Shown: piece by piece, positions 24,669-33,852 of the stretch | How positions within the stretch are numbered: position 1 is the stretch's first letter | Layout of the letters: every line of letters starts with the position of its first letter | Assembly (NCBI GenBank): GCA_002269645.1 | Contig: NIVC01000865.1 | Span: forward strand, 1-47,572 | Source of the DNA: Macrostomum lignano | Taxonomy: Eukaryota | Direction: 5' to 3' | Length of the DNA: 47,572 nt | Program-made: the position numbers and the translations under genes | The notes under the pieces: generated by a model | Databases searched by the model: none | What the model was told of the DNA's origin: nothing | What the model saw: the letters and a program-made list of their open reading frames with translations, nothing else

Positions 24669-25590
24669 TTGCTAATTCTGCCTCGCATTCTCCGCCATGC
24701 AAATTACATGATTCACTTTAAATCAGCTCTGATTCTCCCTCACATTCTCCGCCATGCAAATTACATGATTCTCTTTAAATCAGTTCTGATTCTCCCTCAC
24801 ATTCTCCGCTATGCAAATTACATGATTCTCTTTAAATCAGCTCTGATTCTCCCTCACATTCTCCGCCATGCAAATTACATGATTCACTTTAAATCAGCTC
24901 TGATTCTCCCTCACATTCTCCGCCATGCAAATTACATGATTCACTTTAAATCAGCTCTGATTCTCCCTCACATTCTCCGCCATGCAAATTACATGATTCA
25001 CTTTAAATCATCTGATTCTCCCTCACATTCTCCGCCATGCAAATTAAATGATTCACTTTAAATCAGTTCTGATTCTCCCTCACATTCTCCGCCATGCAAA
25101 TTACATGATTCTCTTTAAATCAGCTCTGATTCTCCCTCACATTCTCCGCCATGCAAATTACATGATTCACTTTAAATCAGTTCTGATTCTCCTCACATTC
25201 TCCGCCATGCAAATTACATGATTCACTTTAAATCAGCTCTGATTCTTCCTCACATTCTCCGCCATGCAAATTACATGATTCACTTTAAATCAGCTCTGAT
25301 TCTCCCTCACATTCTCCGCCATGCAAATTACATGATTCACTTTAAATCAGCTCTGATTCTCCCTCACATTCTCCGCCATGCTGATTACATGATTCTCTTT
25401 AAATCAGCTCTGATTCTCCCTCACATTCTCCGCCATGCAAATTACATGATTCACTTTAAATCAGCTCTGATTCTCCCTCACATTCTCCGCCATGCAAATT
25501 ACATGATTCACTTTAAATCAGCTCTGATTCTCCCTCACATTCTCCGCCATGCAAATTACATGATTCACTTTAAATCAGCTCTGATTCTTT
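24669..25590 (+). repeat. 57-bp tandem array, about 16 copies, nearly all containing the octamer ATGCAAAT
   Basis: Unit ctgattctccctcacattctccgccatgcaaattacatgattcactttaaatcagct. Confidence 0.95.
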
Positions 25591-26313
25591 TCTTCTAGAA
25601 TTAAATCAAAATTCCTAAATCCCTAATTAAAATTCATCTTCGATTTATGATCTGCTCTAATTATTTTAATTTGATCTCCAAGTACTTTTGGTTTGTAATA
25701 GCTCGCATATTACACGCAATTTATTTACAATCACTAATGAAGATGAGTATAGAGGAAATTCCCACCAGTGCTTCACCTGTAATATCAGTACCAATATCGT
25801 ACCTGTAATATCCTACCGATAATGGGTAGATAAATCCGAACTAAAAATCTCGCATACTAGTGCTAATGCTTTTTTTTGTGAATCATTATTTTCTGTGGAA
25901 TTTCATTTCCTACCAAACAGTTTAATCGTAACCAGCTGATTGTACCTGGCAATACCATCTCTATTTACTTCACCAAAATTAAATTTAGCATGCAAATCGA
26001 ATTAATATTCTTAAATACATTGGTGCGACCAATCCAGACCAATTAATTACACCGCAAACAGTTTTGCATCTCTGTGCAATATAATTCATTTTGAGGTCAG
26101 GTGTGACCTTCATTCATGAAGTACTTCAAAGTAGTTAAAAAATCTGGGGCGCAAAAATGCTTTGGATGAGCAGCTAGCTCGGTGAGACCAGCCACTCTCA
26201 AGGTTTGTTTTAATCAGAAAAGAAAGACGAGCTGCCAATGCTCATGAACTCCGGTTCAACGTAAAAATTTCAAACTGCCCTTTTGACATGACTAATGACT
26301 AATTGACATGCAC

Positions 26314-26465
26314 GAGCTGCAGGCTGTCCCGGACTCGCAGTGGCTGTATGTGATCGAGAAGTCCCTAAAGACTGAGAAGCGGAAGGGGAAATTCGCTATC
26401 TGGTCAAGTGGGCCGGCTACGACCCGACTGGCTGGGTAGACGACAAAGACTTAAGAAAAGTTTAG
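26314..26465 (+). pseudogene. C-terminal chromodomain of a Polinton-type integrase (second element), 1-nt frameshift
   Basis: ELQAVPDSQWLYVIEKSLKTEKRKG / EIRYLVKWAGYDPTGWVDDKDLRKV*. Confidence 0.7.
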
Positions 26466-26503
26466 CTGGTTGATTCAACTGTCATTATTTGTTCAATCGT
26501 ACT

Positions 26504-26773
26504 ATGAAGAATATTGCCATCAACAGTCAACATGCTGAAGGCACTCCTAGTGTCTTTTATTTTCACCTGTCTTCACCTATTTACTTAAATCGAAATTTGG
26601 ACTATGAGGCAGGTCTGGCTGCATGGTTCAATGTTGACAAGCCTTACTGCATCAATGTCTCAGATGGAAGAGAGCATGAGGCCTTGGTCCTGATCAATAA
26701 CCTGATCAATTTGGTCTCGATGATGCTGCTCAGGAATAGCGATGGTAGTAGTAAGCGTTTTTTACGCCCATAG
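26504..26773 (+). CDS. Polinton minor-capsid (penton)-like N-terminal fragment
   Basis: MKNIAINS..PSVFYFHLSSPIYLNRNLDYEAGL resembles the penton N-terminal F..L..PI.L...YEV.L pattern; lies 38 bp after the integrase remnant. Confidence 0.45.
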   Translation: MKNIAINSQHAEGTPSVFYFHLSSPIYLNRNLDYEAGLAAWFNVDKPYCINVSDGREHEALVLINNLINLVSMMLLRNSDGSSKRFLRP

Positions 26774-27154
26774 CTCGTTTTTACATGGCGAAATCAATAG
26801 GAAGTTCCAAGCACTAGTTTAATGGGGATACACGCATAGCCTGTTTTTGCATAGCAAAACCAATAGGAAGTCCCAGCCACTAGACGATGAATTTCTATCC
26901 TACCCAGGCGCGTTACCAAATCTCGTCCCCGTCATGTTCTTTCTAGCCACACTCTTTCTTCTACATACGTGGTCGTTCAATGCTGCGACCGTCTGTGTCA
27001 CAGCCAAATAAAAAAGGCACATACACACGCATCGCTCTATTGCCACAATGCTTTTGTGGATCAGTTCGTTTGTAGATGAAAGCTTTTATATTTTTTTGTC
27101 CGGATAAAAAACTATCAGGTCAAGCTTGCATTAAAACAGTGAAACGCTAGCTTT

Positions 27155-27748
27155 TTACCGGCGGCGCAGTAGGGGTTGAAGAACATGCTTGAGAAAAAGG
27201 CTCAGAGAGGAAAACGCGCGCGAGAAAGGGCTGTTGCGAGCCCGACCATGTTGTCGCATCACCCAGTGGATGAACGAATTTAGATCCTTTCCACTAGCAA
27301 GTTTAAAAAACAGATAGAACAGAATCCAGGCTCCACAGTGGGCGGTACGGGGATCCTGCACCGCATAGCGCGTGTAACGCCAGTTTTTTGGATCTCCACA
27401 ATTTCGGCTCATCCACTGGGAGATTTCAGGCAGCGGGTGCAAACCTAGCGGATCAAAGTATTCACCTATCCTAGCTCGTCTAACAGCGCCAATAGGGCCT
27501 GCACAGACCCAGACAGCAACCCAGTGTTTTCCGGGCAAATTGCTAGGGTCCGTGTTTACGATGAAAAAATAGTTACGCGTGTCTTGAAAGTACGGACTCG
27601 TGTTTAGAGTAGGGATCGTTGGTAGAGAATTGCTTGGGTAAACTCCCATAAAAACTGCATCAGGATAAATACGCAATAGTTTTAGGCAGACCGAGCGCAA
27701 AAACACATTAGTTACGCCAGATAGGATAGTAGTGTTATCTACTTCCAT
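27155..27748 (-). CDS. Adenain-like cysteine maturation protease
   Basis: IVNTDPSNLPGKHWVAV (H), EYFDPLG (D), VQD..TAHCG (Q/C); ATG overlaps the capsid gene stop. Confidence 0.9.
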   Translation of the reverse strand: MEVDNTTILSGVTNVFLRSVCLKLLRIYPDAVFMGVYPSNSLPTIPTLNTSPYFQDTRNYFFIVNTDPSNLPGKHWVAVWVCAGPIGAVRRARIGEYFDPLGLHPLPEISQWMSRNCGDPKNWRYTRYAVQDPRTAHCGAWILFYLFFKLASGKDLNSFIHWVMRQHGRARNSPFSRAFSSLSLFLKHVLQPLLRRR

Positions 27749-29069
27749 ACAGATCCAGGTACCACGTCGCGGAACTCCGTCAAATGCAGCTGCTTGTCGA
27801 AAAGTCCGCCCACGATGACGTTGTAGACTTTGTCCGTGGCAGTCGCGAAGCGTAGTTCCAATCGTACATTGCCCTCTTTATATACCTGTGCGCCAGCTCC
27901 GACACCCACCTCACTACCCAGTCCGAAGGCGTAGATAGTGTAGCCGGCTTTGTACTCTGCCATCGTGAACCCCAAGTCGCGGTTACGCAGATGCAACCCC
28001 AGCTGTTGCAAAAACCACCCGTACTCCAAAACGCAGTCCCCACTATCGCTGTAGTCGGTTTCGAGGGGTCTTGTCGGCACCGGCTCCCCATTGACAAACA
28101 CCCCCAAACTGCTCAGGTTGGCATGTTCGAATCTAAACGGGTTTGTGTCCACACTTCCATTGAACGCTTTGTTGCTCACAAAGGCCAGAAGTAGAAGTTT
28201 CGGAACGCCGCTTGGGAAGAGATTTTCACGCGTGTAGCTAGACGTACCACTCGTAACAGTAAACGTGCTCATCTGTAGCTGATTTATTGGATAGATGGCA
28301 TTGTGCTGTTTCAACCCCGCAGCGTGCGCAGCGAGTACACTCGGCGAGGGGGATACGTAGCGTACACGGAGCTCGGCCTTTAGCACCTCTATCTCGTAGC
28401 TCTTTAGCGGGTTTTCACCTATCGCACCGACCATGAGGGCGAAGGCAGCGGAAGACGGAATCAATTTTATTCGTACAGGAGTTTTAGACAACAGAAACCG
28501 CGGCTGGCGGCACATGTCCAAGAACAAGGGCCCGATAAGCGGCACTCTCGACCCCCTGCTATCAATGCGCGTCGGCGTTTAGCGCCAACGTTCGCGTCGC
28601 CGGCTGAATGCATTTGTCCAGCTGTGTCTTTGTAGAAACCCCAGGGCGTTAGACCACAGGTTTGAGCATCCGATCCATATTCTAAAAGCGTCAGTAGCAT
28701 GGCTTTGTAGGGGTACATGAAGGTTCCGCCTTCGACTACAGTGTCTCCAATAGTTAGTTGTACATCGCGGAACAGGCTCGCGATAGGCAAATTAGTCAGC
28801 GCTACGTTGTTCTTCGTCGCATCGGCGGCTACTCCGTCCGAGTCTCGTACACGTATGGCCAGATTTAGAATCGTCTCTTGTAGATCCAGGTAGAGTGCAT
28901 CCCCTGCGGAGACGACTTCGAACTCGATTGGGGCACCTTTTGAGAGTCCGTGTTGCGGCTGAATGTGGGTATACTGGCTGTCCACTACACTGTACTGTAC
29001 AGCGGCTGCATCAAAAAGGGCCAATTCGCTTTTTAGTACTACACTGTCAGGGCCAAGCAACTGGTTCAT
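27739..29069 (-). CDS. Polinton major capsid protein (double jelly-roll, PY/hexon-like), about 443 aa, one 1-nt frameshift near 28545
   Basis: KSELALF..PIEFEV..YLDL..SLFRDVQL..YPYKA..FYKDTAG; after the shift GPLFLDMCRQ.RFLL..RIKLIPS..AFNGSVDTNPFRFEH..GNVRLELRF. Confidence 0.85.
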
Positions 29070-29077
29070 TTTCGGTT

Positions 29078-29530
29078 TTAAAGGAGACTAAACAGCGATT
29101 TAGCAGCAACGGCCTTGCGATTCCGCTTTTTCTTCACCCTTCGTCGCTTCTTCTCGGTTAGACCCTTTCCTCGCTGGGTTTTTGCCGGTTTTCCACGAGT
29201 GCGAGCTTTCTTACCCCGTTTGCTTATAGTTTTCCGGGGACGTTTTCTTCGGCTGCGTTTTGTGGGAACAGCTGCGCTCGACATCTTGTAACCGCCTCCC
29301 GTGTGCTTTCGTTTGCGATTAACGTTTGTTGTCTCGTTGCTAGTGCCTGATAGGTATTCCAAGCCCCGTGCCAAAAGATCCTTTCCCGCACTCCGCATAA
29401 CCGGGATCAACACTCGATTAGAGAGGTTGGAAAGGAATCCATAGCCTTCGTAGATCGGAATCGCTCGGGCGGAGGATCCTCCCCCGCTTTGAGTGGGTCC
29501 GGAATAGAATCGGTATATTGGATCCATCAA
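29078..29530 (-). CDS. Small, very basic putative core/DNA-condensing protein with G-x-G protease-site motifs
   Basis: QSGGG, YEGYGFLSNL..IPVMRSAGK, TGGGY, QRGKG; K/R-rich C-terminal half. Confidence 0.7.
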   Translation of the reverse strand: MMDPIYRFYSGPTQSGGGSSARAIPIYEGYGFLSNLSNRVLIPVMRSAGKDLLARGLEYLSGTSNETTNVNRKRKHTGGGYKMSSAAVPTKRSRRKRPRKTISKRGKKARTRGKPAKTQRGKGLTEKKRRRVKKKRNRKAVAAKSLFSLL

Positions 29531-29564
29531 ATTTTTAATTGTTATTATGTTCCCATTTCACAGT

Positions 29565-30803
29565 TTACTTATAAACGCGCCGAAAAAGCCGTCGAGTTCG
29601 CTCATCCAACTCGCCTTCTTTCAACCACTGATTCCTAAAGGCCTCAACTCCTTGCCATTTCACTAAATACCGCCACTGACCGTCTGAGTCTTTTTCGTAA
29701 GCGTCTACACGCTCGATGACTGACGGCTCCGTACTTTCTTTTGCTACACGCTGTAGTTCTCCCTCATTGAAGTAACCCTCTAGTGTGCTATTTCCGTCTT
29801 CCGGATTCTCTAGTTTATACGACGCTGCTCGGCGAGGATTCGTAGCACGGATCCGAAACACGGTGTTGCTCCACACTGTCGAATAGCCCTTCTCGAAGGC
29901 ACCCCGCTGTCGTGCGATTCTTACCCAGTCCCCTACCTTTAGTGTTGATAGAGGCTGCTGCGAGGCTTCATGCTCTATAATCTCAGACCCGATGATTCCT
30001 TGTAGACGCGGATCCACCGCCGTGTTGTGAGGACTCTGACCAAACAGCGCCCGGTGAGGGCTTGAGTTCAAATTTCGTTCCATTTGGGGTAGAATGTCAT
30101 ACCAGCGTTCTAGGTTTCGAGCCCGAAAATAACGGCTGAGCCGCTCTTTCAGAGTACGGATTAACCTTTCAGCGATCGCAGCCTTGTAATTGCTTTGGCT
30201 AACAAAAAAGCGTACACCCGCCCGTTTTAGTACAGCTTGAGTTTCACGCCCTAGGAACTCCTTTCCCGCGTCACCCTGAAGATAGAGAGGTCGGAAGCCT
30301 TCACGAAACAGATTTTCAAGTGCGGCGCCCACCTCTTTAGCAGTTTTTGTTCGTAGAGGTCGCAGACGTACTTCGCGAGTGAAACAATCGATCAAAACGA
30401 GGATGTAGCGGTATCCCTTGTTTTCTGACTTGTATTGAGGGAGATCAGCCAGGTCGATTTGGAATTGAAAACCAGGGATATGTGGTACACCAATTCTGCG
30501 GGTTTTGAATATTCGTTTAGTTTTGCGAAACAGGTTATATTCTTTGGTATCCCGGGCCCATTCGTCAACGATTTCTGCCGCTCGTTTTGATGCTAGTGAC
30601 GGAAACTGGGTTTTAACATGTCTTAATAGCTGTTGCTTACTTCCCGCAAAAGCAGTAGGGCGGTCCAAATCGTAAAATTGTCTGTCTAAGAAGTTCTTGA
30701 CGTCTAGCGAGTTGTTCTTTCTAGTCCGTTCTTTTGCGTTTTCGGACAGCTGCCGGCTCTGGTGTTTCGCTTTTCGCATCTGAGGTCTCTTTTTCGCTGC
30801 CAT
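29565..30803 (-). CDS. Retroviral-type (rve) integrase with C-terminal chromodomain
   Basis: FQIDLADL..YILVLIDCF (D), LQGDAGKEF (D), AAIAERLIRTLK (E); YLVKWQG..NQW; first ATG at 30803. Confidence 0.92.
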   Translation of the reverse strand: MAAKKRPQMRKAKHQSRQLSENAKERTRKNNSLDVKNFLDRQFYDLDRPTAFAGSKQQLLRHVKTQFPSLASKRAAEIVDEWARDTKEYNLFRKTKRIFKTRRIGVPHIPGFQFQIDLADLPQYKSENKGYRYILVLIDCFTREVRLRPLRTKTAKEVGAALENLFREGFRPLYLQGDAGKEFLGRETQAVLKRAGVRFFVSQSNYKAAIAERLIRTLKERLSRYFRARNLERWYDILPQMERNLNSSPHRALFGQSPHNTAVDPRLQGIIGSEIIEHEASQQPLSTLKVGDWVRIARQRGAFEKGYSTVWSNTVFRIRATNPRRAASYKLENPEDGNSTLEGYFNEGELQRVAKESTEPSVIERVDAYEKDSDGQWRYLVKWQGVEAFRNQWLKEGELDERTRRLFRRVYK

Positions 30804-31020
30804 CGGTTTTTGTATCGGTGATTCCTCCCGCACCGCTGCTCTGTGGCAAGTTATCAGTTGATGCAGAGCGCGTCACCGTCATGCAGCACCTAATGTTCTG
30901 TATGGTGATATCGCCCGCGTCGGGAGTGTCCTCGTTATGGTGGAGTGCCCCGCCTAAGCAGCCTTGCAAAAGTCTCACAACCAAATGAAAAACAAAGCGT
31001 AAAATTTCGCGTAGTTCCAT
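30721..31020 (-). CDS. Small hypothetical Polinton ORF (99 aa) overlapping the integrase start
   Basis: True ATG; fills the gap between ORF235 and integrase; LGG motif; ends in NLS-like RKRKR. Confidence 0.45.
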   Translation of the reverse strand: MELREILRFVFHLVVRLLQGCLGGALHHNEDTPDAGDITIQNIRCCMTVTRSASTDNLPQSSGAGGITDTKTDGSEKETSDAKSETPEPAAVRKRKRTD

Positions 31021-31098
31021 TATCAGAGTGTGTTGATACTCAATCCGCGATGCGTCCGACCAGTTAGCTTATAGCTGCTACAATATTTAACTACAAAC

Positions 31099-31806
31099 TT
31101 AGCTTGTCAATGTCTCGTAATTTTCTAGGAAATCCATTTCTTCGTCCCGTGTTTCTTTGTCCTCGGTAAAGGCGGGTGGTAGCTCTTTCTCTGCTGCAGC
31201 TGACAATTCCGTTCGAAATTGTTTTCCGACAAGCTGAGGATCCGCTTTTCGTTGACGCAGGTAACTTAAAAAGTTTTCCAACCCGCCTGGCAGGCGCCCC
31301 CCATGCCTCTTCAGGGGTTTGTCGCGAACTACGTAGTCCATCAGATCGCGCATCTCCGTTTCGGTTAGTTCGGTGCCGTTTGCCGCCAGATTTGCTTTCT
31401 CATTTTCGATGAAAGTTTTAAGACGTCGCCAACGTGCCTGAAGTGCTTTTGGAATGCGTGTTGTTTCGCTCTCTTCCTCCGCGCTATTGACTAACGGCTC
31501 TTCACTCGCTTGAGGGTTATCATCTGGCTTCAAAAACTTCTCGCGTGTTTGTAGGAGCTTGCTTTCCATTCTGTTTCTTGCCAGACGAGCAGGCGAATTC
31601 GGGGTAGATTGATCCGTAGCAATAATCTCGTCTAACCCATCGATTTTCTGTTTCATCCGCACGAGTTCTTGTCCCATCGTGTCATTTGGCATCTCCAAAA
31701 CCTTTGCTCGTTCGTCAGCGCACTTGTTTTGCGCGACCAGCTGCGAATATTCTGAGATGGGAATAACAACCATCTTTTGCAGTGCCTCGTGTGAGCGAGT
31801 TCCCAT
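31099..31806 (-). CDS. Hypothetical Polinton protein (235 aa)
   Basis: ATG 4 nt after the pX-like stop; QKMVVIPISEY resembles the KM.L.P N-terminus of a common Polinton ORF; predicted coiled-coil composition. Confidence 0.65.
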   Translation of the reverse strand: MGTRSHEALQKMVVIPISEYSQLVAQNKCADERAKVLEMPNDTMGQELVRMKQKIDGLDEIIATDQSTPNSPARLARNRMESKLLQTREKFLKPDDNPQASEEPLVNSAEEESETTRIPKALQARWRRLKTFIENEKANLAANGTELTETEMRDLMDYVVRDKPLKRHGGRLPGGLENFLSYLRQRKADPQLVGKQFRTELSAAAEKELPPAFTEDKETRDEEMDFLENYETLTS

Positions 31807-31810
31807 ATTT

Positions 31811-32263
31811 TCAGTTTCGTTTGTTCTGTATGCTGCGCACGAGACTAGCAGCACCCGCAGCTGTACCTGCAATGCCGGAGGTGATTCCAAGAGCCGTGGT
31901 GATGGATGGTAATGCTGCCGTTACTGCGGCCACAATCGGCGCGAGGAAAGGCAGAAAACCTCCGTGTTGTACAATGATTCTTTTTTTCTCAGTCAGAGAA
32001 TGACCACCCGAAATGAGCTTCTGAATAGGTCGACAATGTTTTTCTAATTTTTTCCGGTCCGCGTGGCGGAGTGGCACTCGCTGCCGCACGATATTGATCA
32101 AGAACTCGACTATACAACGCACTTCTGCTAGACTGAGAGTCTTAAGGAAATCTCGTCTGGTTTTTCTATCACGCAGTCGAGCAACAATGTGCAGAATTTC
32201 CGCGCAGTTTGTGATCGAAGATGCACTCTTTCTCGCTTTTTGCGTTAATCGTCGTGCGGCCAT
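31811..32263 (-). CDS. Polinton basic protein with adenovirus pX-like C-terminus (150 aa)
   Basis: K/R-rich body, then QHGGFLPFLAPIVAAVTAALPSI..GIAGTAAGAASL. Confidence 0.7.
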   Translation of the reverse strand: MAARRLTQKARKSASSITNCAEILHIVARLRDRKTRRDFLKTLSLAEVRCIVEFLINIVRQRVPLRHADRKKLEKHCRPIQKLISGGHSLTEKKRIIVQHGGFLPFLAPIVAAVTAALPSITTALGITSGIAGTAAGAASLVRSIQNKRN

Positions 32264-32314
32264 ATCCTAATCTCCTCACTCTATATTTAATGATGTGCTT
32301 GTTTGCTTATAAAT

Positions 32315-32455
32315 TTAGTCGGTTTTTGGGCGGAAATGCAGCACCACTACGCAATGTGCATCCGGCTGGAAAGTGAGAGGATTTCCCTGTTCGTCACCTA
32401 ACCGAATGGTGATTTCGTCGATATTTTGCCGATTCGTTGGCAAATAGTAGGGATT
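32315..32455 (-). pseudogene. C-terminal fragment of Polinton minor capsid (penton), cut by the fold-back
   Basis: NPYYLPTNRQNIDEITIRLGDEQGNPLTFQPDAHCVVVLHFRPKTD*; mirror copy at 32472-32624 (+). Confidence 0.75.
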
Positions 32456-32675
32456 TTGTGATCATTGGGATTTTGTGATCACAAATCCCTACTATTTGCC
32501 AACGAATCGGCAAAATATCGACGAAATCACCATTCGGTTAGGTGACGAACAGGGAAATCCTCTCACTTTCCAGCCGGATGCACATTGCGTAGTGGTGCTG
32601 CATTTCCGCCCAAAAACCGACTAAATTTATAAGCAAACAAGCACATCATTAAATATAGAGTGAGGAGATTAGGAT

Positions 32676-33116
32676 ATGGCCGCACGACGATTAACGCAAA
32701 AAGCGAGAAAGAGTGCATCTTCGATCACAAACTGGCGGAAATTCTGCACATTGTTGCTCGACTGCGTGATAGAAAAACCAGACGAGATTTCCTTAAGACT
32801 CTCAGTCTAGCAGAAGTGCGTTGTATAGTCGAGTTCTTGATCAATATCGTGCGGCAGCGAGTGCCACTCCGCCACGCGGTACCGGAAAAAATTAGAAAAA
32901 CATTGTCGACCTATTCAGAAGCTCATTTCGGGTGGTCATTCTCTGACTGAGAAAAAAAGAATCATTGTACAACACGGAGGTTGCCTTTCCTCGCGCCGAT
33001 TGTGGCCGCAGTAACGGCAGCATTACCATCCATCACCACGGCTCTAATCACCTTATTGCAGGTACACTGCGGGTGCTGCTAGTCTCGTGCGCAGCATACA
33101 GAACAAACGAAACTGA
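32676..33116 (+). pseudogene. Frameshifted mirror copy of the pX-like ORF
   Basis: Same sequence as the reverse complement of 31811-32263, with several small indels. Confidence 0.8.
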
Positions 33117-33852
33117 AAATATGAACTCGCTCACACGAGGCACTGCAGATGGTTGTTGCAAGGCGAAACTATAGGGCCAGGGAATGTATTGTACAATTAA
33201 ATTATCATATTTCTATATGCAAGTACTTAAACTGATTCAGAGCGAACAACAAGCTACTCTTAGTAGTAGCAGTAGTAGCATTTTGAACGCACATGCAATG
33301 CAAGCGAGCAAAGTACAATGCTCGACTAAACTACTAAAAACGGGGCCAGATAAGGAGTACCCCTTGATCCAGCTAAGCAGGACACGAACCATCAAGACAG
33401 GTCTTGACGTAGAAAAAGTTGTTTTAGGAAGGTCTCCGGGATTCGTTCTCAATGAGAACTGAACAGTTGAATTCCGATCAGAAGAATCTGCGTTTTATGT
33501 CAATTCTGATTGGCTGAGCCGATTTGTTAAAACACACGTAGAACTTTTCGATTGGCTGAAAGCAAGCATGAAAATACAAGGTCATACATGTAATATATTA
33601 TTGAGATAAAAGGGAGAGTGTAATGGGATAATCCGCGAAAAAAGGAATAAAACAAATATATTTTAGAGGAAAAGATTTAAAGCATGTAAAATTGATTTTA
33701 TTCGAAATAAATCTGGTTTCTGTCGTTATTTTTACTGATTGTTGCGTAACTAAGTGCATCTATACTATCGGCAGCGTATTTCATTGAACTGATATTTAAT
33801 CATTATCTTCCACAAACCGTTAAATATATAGTTGTCTTTCAGATTAAAATAC

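Larger units (their letters stand above)
27155..32464 (-). mobile_element. Polinton/Maverick (adintovirus-like) endogenous element, virion-gene module, truncated (no pPolB, ATPase or TIR seen)
   Basis: Tightly packed, intronless, co-oriented ORFs: penton C-terminus, pX-like, ORF235, ORF99, rve integrase-chromodomain, basic core protein, major capsid, adenain. Confidence 0.92.
31765..33157. repeat. About 700-bp-arm inverted duplication (fold-back palindrome) centred at gtgatcac 32475-32482
   Basis: 32475-33157 is the reverse complement of 31765-32464; 15-bp direct duplication gggattttgtgatca at the centre; indels in the right arm. Confidence 0.95.

Noticed and set aside
24669-25598. 19-aa repeat protein (MIHFKSALILPHILRHANY)
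   Set aside because: It arises because the unit is 57 bp; indels break the frame and there is no gene structure
25754-25763. Isolated GGAAATTCCC kB site
   Set aside because: A single site of this length is plausible by chance in 47 kb, and there is no adjacent gene start
33255-33345. agtagtagcagtagtagc as a Polinton terminal repeat
   Set aside because: No matching opposite end or 6-bp TSD found; it lies beyond the fold-back and is a short simple repeat
33184-33462. 92-aa ORF next to the fold-back as a Polinton gene
   Set aside because: No recognisable motif, low complexity, and outside the mirrored segment
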